The notes beneath the pieces were generated by a model. That model was not told the origin of the DNA. It was given only the letters and a program-made list of their open reading frames with translations, and made no database searches. A program made the translations under genes and the position numbers. A stretch of DNA of 63,703 nt, the filler included, from Octopus bimaculoides (lineage: Eukaryota): the NCBI RefSeq assembly GCF_001194135.2. It is 8 parts of 8 records of this genome, joined end to end, with 100 filler letters (N's around TTAATTAATTAA, not from the genome) between each part and the next. Parts side by side here need not be neighbours in the genome. Positions count along the whole stretch, not along the records: positions 43,286 to 58,136 come from NC_068999.1; positions 58,237 to 62,536 come from NC_068991.1; positions 62,637 to 63,703 come from NC_068983.1; 5 more parts are not named here. The stretch is one strand, 5' to 3'. The stretch's first letter is position 1; each line of letters begins with the position of its first letter. This document shows, piece by piece, positions 54,462-63,703 of this stretch.

Positions 54462-55329
54462 GAGACAGATATGGAAAGAGACAGAAAGTGAGAGAAAGAC
54501 GAATAATTGTGAATCTATCTATGCATCTCAGATACACAGTAACTCACACGCACATGCACGCACGTGTATGTTTGTGGCAAGCAATTGTCATGGATTGTTT
54601 GCTATACAAAATCGTGTATTGATTATGCTGTCGCTCCATCTCGGATAGAGTTAACACTCTTACCTCCCTCTCGTTATATAACCTATCATTTGAAATGTGA
54701 GATAATGTATATTTAACCAAACTTATTGTAGTAAAGCTGCGTTCGCGTTAAATACAATGCATTTTCCATAAGTATATACCATCATCGCTGTCCTGTCTTA
54801 AATAAAACATAGACTATCGTTCCATCTCTGTGACCCTGTATCGCCACCGTAACCATCCGTACTCTATGCCATTTCAATGCTCGCACCATGTTTCCAATTC
54901 AGAAGGCAATGGAGTTTATCATTTCTGCAGGTGAATGTAGAAAATTATAGCCAGATCAAGATCTGACTGTGAGACTTCATATTTGGCTTTCATACATGAC
55001 ATATTTACAGTAAACATCTAGAGATCTCATGTTGAAAGCAAAGTTACTGGTATTTTGGTATGCAAGTGTACCTCTCTGTTTCTCGTTGCAGAACTGTGTT
55101 GTTTCTTAGTTTTTGTATGTTTTTTTCATTTATTTTATAGAGTTTTTGATTTATTGATTCAGCTTTTGTTGTACGTTATTAAAATAATTCGTCTGTGCAA
55201 TTGTTGTATTTTGATGTTCACCTCTTCCTGCTTTTGTTTTCACGAGAACGGAAAGTGAGCTTATTATTCTAGAAACTTCTGAATTAAACAATATTTATTG
55301 TAGGAAAGGATAACAGTAATACCGATTCT

Positions 55330-55593
55330 TGATGGTGATGATGTTGATTATGATGATGACGATGATGATGATGAGGAGGAGGAAGCAGAAGAAGAAGAAG
55401 AAGAAGAAGAAGAAGAAGAAGAAGAAGAAGAAGAAGAAGAAGAGGAGAAGGACGTGAAATATGAGGATGAGGTGGGTGACAACGACGAACGCGATGATGA
55501 CAGCGACAGCGATGATGACGGAGGCAGCGACGATAACGCTGACAGCGACGACGACAACGATGATGACGATGACGAAGATGATGATGGATAAGT

Positions 55594-55628
<35 letters not shown>

Positions 55629-55790
55629 GCGATAACACCGATAACGGATGATGATGATGATGACGCCGAAGACGACAATGAAAACAATGGACGATGACGG
55701 ATAACTATGATAATGAAGAAAACGACAATGATGATAACAATAAATATAATGATAGTGATGATGAATACCATGATGATGGTAAATATTACG

Positions 55791-55822
<32 letters not shown>

Positions 55823-56010
55823 AATGATGATGACTATGATGACGACGACGACAACGACGATGATGATGATCATGATGATTTCGACGACGACGACGACGAA
55901 GATGATGATGCGGACGGTGATGCAATCTACAAAGATTATGTTGAATAGAGAGGTCGACGATGATGTCGACGATTACAACAACGATGACGATGCTGATGAT
56001 TACGACATCT
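55330..56010. repeat. Degenerate (GAT/GAC/GAA)n array
   Basis: Directly visible. It accounts for the poly-M/D/I/H ORFs. Confidence 0.85.
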
Positions 56011-56321
56011 TCTCTTAAAAACACCCCTTGATGTTCAGCGAACACAGCAAAATATCCATAAATACATTCCATTTATATTATTCTGGGGAAACACAATTAA
56101 TTCTATGCTATCAATGTCATGCGTATTACGATATACGATTTGATATCTACAATCGCAACATCTGAGGTAATAAAATGATACACTTCTCATGGGGTTAAAC
56201 CACATTAGGCAGAGATAAAAGCATAACCTAAACAACAGCCTACTAGTTTATTGTAAATGTGCCGTTGTGAATATTATTGTTGCTATTACTATCATTATTA
56301 TTATTCTATTATTATTATTAC

Positions 56322-56374
<53 letters not shown>

Positions 56375-57009
56375 GTATTATATCATTATTATTATTATAT
56401 TATTATTATTACTATACCATTATTATTATTATATTATTACTACTACTACTACTACTACTACTACTGCTACTACTACTAGTACTACAACTATTAGTACAAC
56501 AACAACAACAACAACAGCAACTACTAGTACTACTACTACTACTACTACTACTGTTGTTATATTTTTTAGTTTGTTACTATTAAGGTTATCATTTTTTGTT
56601 GTTGCTGTTATCATGCTCGTTGTTCTTGCTACTATTACTGTTATTCAAATTGATGTATACGCATTGTCTATTACGTCAACATATTTCGCTGCCTTTGATA
56701 TGCGATATATTTTCTCTTACAGCATACGTAATGGGCATTGCTACATAATAAATTCAGAAGGTCAGTTTAATACTATATTCTTTCCATCGTATGAATAAAG
56801 AAAGCCGAAATAACATTTTCTGTCACAATCACTCCGGTCTCAAATTCTGTTCAACTTATATTCATATAATATATGCAATATGCATATGTGGTATCAACGC
56901 GAGTTTCAATATCACTGTATAGATACTCATGCTTACAACACTGTTTCCATCTAACTATATATCCATCTCTCCTTATCTCTCTGTATACACACACACATAC
57001 ACGCTCTCT

Positions 57010-57175
57010 CTATATATTGGGAGAATTCACAAAAAAACAAGAGATGAAGACAGGCGGTGTAGAAAACAGCTAGATGTATTAGTTTAACGCTCGGGAATTG
57101 AGAAAGTCTTTAACGTCTCGACCCTACGCTCTTCTACAGAAAGGAACGCAGAAAGAAACAAGGAGAGAAAAAATG
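57010..57175 (-). repeat. Short repeat family E (hammerhead-like, possible Penelope pLTR derivative)
   Basis: Minus strand cttt CTGTAGA A GAGC GTAG GGTC GAGA CGTT aaag..., ending in (AT)n. Confidence 0.65.
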
Positions 57176-58246
57176 TGTGTAGCAGTCACCGATTTATCAT
57201 ATGGAATGGTATATATATACAATTATATATATATATATATATATAATTGAAATTAAGTTGAATTAGGTACTGAAGTTGAAGCAACAAATCAGCACGGCAT
57301 TACCCGCACATCTCGAAATAAGGGAAATAAAATCAAAATAAACAACAGGATATCACGTACCGCCGTTTCGAGCGGCTTCATTTCATTGCACATTGCTATC
57401 ATCACATCAATTTAAATTCAGTGCCATCTTAAGCTGCGCAAAGAATTAAACAGAATTTTAACCAGTCGGTCAAATTAATTTTATTTTTCTCAAATATTTT
57501 AGCAGAGTAAAAAGATGGAAGAAATTCATGTTGTCACTATTGTAGCTAAGAATAGAATGCACTTCCAGGAATCGCATGAAACCCATTGCTGTCATAGGGC
57601 TGAAAATGATAGTAATTAATTTCTAATTTATTCATCTCTTTATCAACTACTTAATCTAAGACTAGAAACCAACTGTCGACGTGACAAATACTGTTGTTAT
57701 GTGTAGAGGCTTCAGATGCATTCGTTGAGAATTATACGCAAATGTTCGCTGTCATCCTATGTCACATAGTTTATGTAGTTGTTTGTAACGCCGCTCAGCG
57801 CAATAGCATATTTTGTCAAAATTTGTTCGTCATGTCACTATTCTCCCTTCTTTCAATTTCCGTTCTTGCGTGTCACTTGAAATAAAGATCAGTCACACTA
57901 GAATTGAAAATAAACCACCATTAGCTGCTTGGATTGGCTTTGGACATCTCTATGTGGTGCATTGACCAAACCCTTGTCCCAGCTTCGTTCCTCCATTTTT
58001 GCGTACAGGTTTCTTGAGCCCTATATCATTCGACAATATGCATGTTTACATGTGTGTGTGTGTGTGTGTGTGTGCGTGTGCGTGTGTGTTTGTATGTATG
58101 TATATATGTGTATATATCTGTGTACATATATATATANNNNNNNNNNNNNNNNNNNNNNNNNNNNNNNNNNNNNNNNNNNNTTAATTAATTAANNNNNNNN
58201 NNNNNNNNNNNNNNNNNNNNNNNNNNNNNNNNNNNNTATATATATA

Positions 58247-58645
58247 CACAGGGTGGTGATGGGTAAATTGTTGCCATTTTATATTTTTTATGTCGCGCAT
58301 GTGCATTGTTTGTTTTTGAGTTTGTCGACTACACAGTATAGTAGAGTCAGTCGGTTACCGTCTGTGAAAAACCTTGCACTATGACGCAATTCACTCTGCC
58401 AGAAATTTGGAAACGACATGCTGTACTGATTGGCATTCGCACTAGAAGTTCCAATACGAACATTTCAGAGTGTCTGGGAGTCAATCTGAGGACAATGCAG
58501 AGGATTCGGATACATAGAAATCAAACATCCAGTCAACATCATGGTGTTTGGAGTGATCACTAGCGATGGTGACGTTATGCTTCCATTCGTCTTCCGACAC
58601 GGCCTCAGACTCAACACGGAGGCCGGCATCAAGTGTCTATACATA
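58247..58645 (+). mobile_element. Internally deleted Tc1/mariner element (left TIR, HTH and partial catalytic region)
   Basis: CAGGGTG terminus after (TA)n. MTQFTLPEIWKRHAVL..ISECLGVNLRTMQRIR is fused to KHPVNIMVFGVITSDG.VMLPFVF. Confidence 0.75.
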
Positions 58646-58819
58646 CATATACGCTGCAGCTTTCCTCTCTCATCTGATTATTCTGATTCAACATTTTCGA
58701 TCTTCTGGGTCGACTGGATATGTAGAGGTTCGAAAACTACTTGATGCGAGATGCTAGTGGCAGTAAACACAAGGAACTCTCGCCCCTCGACCTTGAGTAC
58801 AGTTTGACTTTCCCACCTG

Positions 58820-58861
<42 letters not shown>

Positions 58862-59444
58862 TAAAAATATATTAGGTATTACCAGGGCATTTATACTCCC
58901 ACACTAAAGGTAATCCTTAGTGCAAAATGAAGAAGAGAAGCAGGAGGCTATCAGTGTTCTGTACTTTGAAAATGGTATGGAAGTCATGTTTTGTAGCTAT
59001 CCCTAGAATTGTTTGGCCTTCTAATGAATGGGCTGGCCTCTCGATATTACTTTGTGGCTTCAGAACTCTTCCACTAAGTGACGCATTTTGTCTACGAGCA
59101 AGAGGCTTTATTCTGCATCGCTTTAGTGTACTCACCTCAGAATAACTACAGATGTTTTTGTGTCTCTCTAAATGCATGAATGTCTCTATGTGTTTCATAT
59201 ATATATACATAATAATTTATTTTATATATATGTGTGTGAGTGTGTGTTTGTGTGTGTATGTAGGTTTATGTATTAAATGCGCGCACGCACACACACATAC
59301 ACATATAACTATATGTACATATATATTTGTAAATAGTAACGGATTTGTCCAAAGATTTACCGATTTGCTCTCAGTTAAGTATTCAAAATAGATAATGTTA
59401 TACCACTTCGTAATAATCCTTATTATTTTCATTATTGCTGATTT

Positions 59445-59650
59445 AAAGCGGCGAGCTGGCAGAATCGTTAGCACGCAGGGCGAAATGCTGAGTGACATTT
59501 CATCCGTCTTTACATTCTGAGTTCAAATTCAGCCGAGGCCGATTTTGCCTTTCAACCTTTCGGAGTCGATAAATTAAGTACCAGTTGCGTACTGGGGTCG
59601 ATCTAATCGACTGGCTCCCTCCCCTAAAATTTCAGGCCTTGTGCATAGAG
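59445..59650 (+). mobile_element. SINE family A
   Basis: Full head and core. Confidence 0.88.
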
Positions 59651-59760
59651 ACCCGGACATAGAAACACAAAGACGCGTACGTATAACACACACACACACA
59701 CACATACACACACATATATGTATAGTTGCGTACATGTGTATGGATAAATATATATATAAA

Positions 59761-60170
59761 CTCTTTTACTCTTTTACTTGTTTCAGTCATTTCACTGTTG
59801 CCATGCTGGAGCACCGCCTTTAGTCGAGCAAATCGACCCCAGGACTTATTCTTTGTAAGCCTAGTACTTATTCTATCGGTCACTTTTGTCGAACCCGCTA
59901 AGTTACGGGGGCGTAAACACACCAGCATCGGTTGTCAAGCGATGTTGGGGGGACAAACACAGACACACAAACAGATCCACACAGACATATACATATACAT
60001 ATATACGATGGGCTTCTTTCAGTTTTCCGTCTACCAAATTCACTCACAAGGCTTTGGTCGGCCTGAGACTAAAGTAGAAGACACTTGCCCAAGGTGCCAA
60101 GCAGTGGGAATGAACCCAGAACAACGTGGTTGGTAAGCAAGCTACTTACCACACAGCCACTCCAGCGCCT
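59761..60170 (-). mobile_element. SINE family B, full length
   Basis: Reverse complement runs from aggcgctggagtggctgtgtggtaag to a gtaaaagagtaaaagag tail. Confidence 0.9.
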
Positions 60171-60193
60171 ATATATATATATATATATACATG

Positions 60194-60263
<70 letters not shown>

Positions 60264-60320
60264 AACATTGTAGATATACATGTAAATAGTAACAACGGCA
60301 TAACAAATACACATGCAAAC

Positions 60321-60364
<44 letters not shown>

Positions 60365-60686
60365 ACACATGCGCGCATACTCAAAACAAGCACACGCGTG
60401 CCCTATACACATATACACACACCGTTATCCATTAAAGAAACAAAAATCATCTCTTGTTTGGTGCGCTTGCTCTTTAATACTTGACATCGTTAAAGGTTCA
60501 GTGAGGCGTGAAAAATATAACGTGCACTGGTCTTCTAGCGGCATCCGGTTTACCTGCAAAGGATATCCGGTGTAGAACGGTCATCTAAGATTGTTTTGTT
60601 TTATTTGTTCTTTTTGTTTCGTATTTTTTCACTTGCGAATATGGAGTCATAAATAAATATATAAATATACAATTATATTTTTTATA

Positions 60687-60718
<32 letters not shown>

Positions 60719-60982
60719 CTTGCACACACACGCATACACACATACAAATGTGCACACATACACACACATATGTGTGTGTATTTATATACATATAAACAAA
60801 TGTGGAAAATGAAAAAAAATCTATACCCAAAGTGAAAAGGTTGAGAGAAACGGGAGAGAGAGAGAGAGAGAGATAGAAAGAGAGAGAGAGATAGAAAGAG
60901 AGAGAGAGAGAGAGAGAGAATAAAGATAGAGAGAATCGGGGAAAGAGAGAGCTACTTAGCAAACTAGCTAACTATCTACCTG

Positions 60983-61046
<64 letters not shown>

Positions 61047-61439
61047 CATTGTATAGAGATAAAATTTTTAAGAGTTAGTGACAGGGAGACAGAGACAGAG
61101 AGAAAGACAGGCAGACCAGCATACAGACTCAAAGAAAGAAAAAAGGAGGGTGAGAGTTACAAAAATAGGAGCGTGACGTACGGTTGGGTAACAGGAGTGC
61201 TGGTAGTGAATGGATAGAAGGCATGGTGGTTAACGGAGAAAGGAAAACTGAAATGTAAACTTAGAGAGAGAAATGGAGAAGGGAGAAACAAAGACAGGGT
61301 TTCGAGAGAAAAGTAAACGTGATTCTGTGTACAAGTCTGATAGTTAAAGGGAGAATGATTGAAAGATACAGAGGGGCAGTACATGTACATGTGCTTTGCT
61401 TTTGACCGCTTAATTCAAACGCGATCTTTTTTCTTTCTT

Positions 61440-61604
61440 GTCTCTCTTAATCTTTTTTCTGTCATCGTCTGTTTATCTGTTTTTTCTGCAGAAAAGAGTT
61501 GGCTCGAAACGTTAAAGACTTCGTCCATTTTCCCCGTGCATAAACCCAACCCAGTATATAATGTGTTAGGTTCTTTTACGTCGTCATTGTGTCTTTTTGG
61601 ATCA

Positions 61605-61608
<4 letters not shown>
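61440..61608 (+). repeat. Short repeat family E, diverged copy
   Basis: tttttt CTGCAGA AAAGAG TTGG CTC GAAA CGTT aaagac..., ending in (AT)n. Confidence 0.55.
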
Positions 61609-61638
<30 letters not shown>

Positions 61639-61639
<1 letters not shown>

Positions 61640-61968
61640 TCTTTTACTCTTTTACTTGTTTCAGTCATTTGACTGCGGCCATGCTGGAGCACGGCCTTTA
61701 GTCGACCAAATCGACCCCAGGACTTATTCTTTGTAAGCCTAATACTTATTCTATCGGACTCTTTTGCCGAACCGCTAAGTTNNNNNNNNNNNNNNNNNNN
61801 NNNNNNNNNNNNNNNNNNNNNNNNNNNNNNNNNNNNNNNNNNNNNNNNNNNNNNNNNNNNNNNNNNNNNNNNNNNNNNNNNNNNNNNNNNNNNNNNNNNN
61901 NNNNNNNNNNNNNNNNNNNNNNCGGGTGGAAAGCAAGCTTCTTACCGCATAGCCACGCTTCATACAAC
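61639..61968 (-). mobile_element. SINE family B spanning a gap
   Basis: Tail and core at 61639-61781 and head at 61923-61968. Confidence 0.8.
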
Positions 61969-62006
61969 CTTACATACGCTTACATACTCACACACATGCA
62001 CACACA

Positions 62007-62043
<37 letters not shown>

Positions 62044-62188
62044 TGACATACATAAGGGTAGATAAGCGTATCGACTACACCTTTAACACGTTGACTCCAC
62101 ATCCGCTTCTCAATGTAGCCGTGCAGCAAGACCAATACATACATACATACATACATACATACACAAAACGCCAATGCGAATATATACA

Positions 62189-62221
<33 letters not shown>

Positions 62222-62364
62222 CCATCCACTTATGTGTACATGCACGCACACATCATGAAATGAAAAAAACAAAAACAAGAGTTAAGTTACCTGTCTATTG
62301 TTACGGAAGACTGCATATATATGTTTTTTTTCTCTCTCTCTCTCTTCTATTTCCTTTCTTACCT

Positions 62365-62476
62365 GTGGAGACACGCTCCACTTGAAGAATTCTAAATCAA
62401 TAAATACTAAGAAAATGTCCGTCGTGCCTTTCTGACCCGCTGTCCACTCGCTCATTAGTTCGTTCCAATCTTTCAT
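62365..62476 (-). mobile_element. Possible degenerate LINE RT fragment
   Basis: GQKGTTDIF and LVFIDLE resemble RT motifs GRGTTDAIF and LAFIDLEKAFD. Confidence 0.3.
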
Positions 62477-63703
62477 CTGTCATCGAGTATTTGAATATTG
62501 TATGACGAATATATGTATAGATTTGTGTGTGTGTGTNNNNNNNNNNNNNNNNNNNNNNNNNNNNNNNNNNNNNNNNNNNNTTAATTAATTAANNNNNNNN
62601 NNNNNNNNNNNNNNNNNNNNNNNNNNNNNNNNNNNNTATATATTAAGCACAATTTTGTCAAAACAAGAATTTATTTTGTAAATTATATGTTAAAATTGCC
62701 TCATGTACTTTAGTTATAGCGATTAACCAGCCACAAAATACTACCACATATCCACAAATGTTCTTTTTGTTGCCGCTTATTAAAATTAAACTCGATCAGA
62801 AAATTGCCATGAAAGTATAATACGCTATTAAAACGAAATCTCATTTGTTGTAGAAAATTTTATCACTTTTGTTACATGAACACGCAAAAAATATAAGTTA
62901 TGATGAAATATATTTCTCACACATACTTAATAATTTCCTCTGAAGTAAAATGATACCGGAGATAGTGGTATAACATAATGCAATACAATAATGATGAGTA
63001 AACTTGTCTTGCTCAAAGTAAACATATAATTCAGCTTTCAGAAGGCAGTTATAAAATTATCCTACCGTTTAGTATTTCTATTTTCTTTGAAGTACTTTTA
63101 CCACGTTATCATTTTATTAAAGTGCAGATTTCGAAACCCACGTTTAATAACATTGCAGGAGAGCGGTTTAGTAAACATTAAGGCAAACATAAATATTCTA
63201 CTTAAAAGCTTGTAGGTAAGGTAGCATGTATGTACGTAGCATTGTACCGAATATACAGAAACATACACGGGCATAAATATTCACAACGCACACACACACA
63301 CATACACACATATATTTATATGAGAGTACGCATAGTCATGTTACATCATGAGCAAATGCCCTTTAGCATCTTGTTTCGACATGTGCCATATTTTGTAAAC
63401 CTAACAGACGGTAACGTCCTGCTGACACGAGGCATGACTTGTCGCACAAAACGTGAGACTGCAGCGTGCTATTACGTTATGTAACTAGGGAATACACAAC
63501 ACATTGCATCTCAGTTTAATGTATAGATATCTCTGTTAGGTGTGAGCACCTAAGCCATATATATATATATATATATAATCATAAATATACAGGGATTAGC
63601 AGTAGCCTGCTTCTCCAACATACTGAGAATTCAGAAATAGCAGTCAAAGAACTACTGATTCCAAACTACAATTTTTTCTCTAATGGATAGCGATATCTAT
63701 GGC

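Noticed and set aside
55300-55590. Asp/Glu-rich open frame resembling acidic biomineralisation proteins
   Set aside because: Fully explained by degenerate (GAT/GAA)n repeats. No start codon or signal peptide, and neighbouring repeats shift frame and contain stops.
57742-57885. Signal-peptide-like MFAVILCHIVYVVVCNA ORF
   Set aside because: Terminates after 47 aa with no donor site or family similarity.
58921-58974. Plus-strand 54-nt phase 1-1 mini-exon candidate (QNEEEKQEAISVLYFEN) resembling the end of a prodomain exon 1
   Set aside because: Weak acceptor and donor, opposite strand, a stop just upstream, and similarity too short to exceed chance.

Overview
Eukaryotic, AT-rich, gappy genomic window crowded with microsatellites and SINEs. 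The repeat families look like an Octopus (cephalopod) genome; this is recognition from memory, not a database match. Seven identical 100-bp spacers (44 N + TTAATTAATTAA + 44 N) show that the window is eight sequence blocks joined artificially. Only one host gene is supported: the last two coding exons of a minus-strand TGF-beta family ligand of the myostatin/GDF11 type (13198-12816 and 11519-11136). They join by GT-AG splice sites in phases 1 and 0 and encode an RQRR furin site and a 110-aa, 9-cysteine mature domain. The first exon (signal peptide) could not be found. The rest is transposon debris: mariner/Tc1, a TA-flanked MITE, Helitron, Gypsy integrase plus LTR, Penelope-like RT and GIY-YIG fragments, R4/Dong-type, L1-like and RTE-like LINE pieces, and two abundant tRNA-derived SINE families. 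The most interesting non-standard signals are the strong divergence of the ligand, a stop codon that overlaps a (TAGA)n array, a SINE-derived 19-bp minisatellite carrying repeated AP-1 consensus sites, and a short (AT)n-anchored repeat family with a minimal hammerhead-ribozyme-like fold and a non-canonical core.
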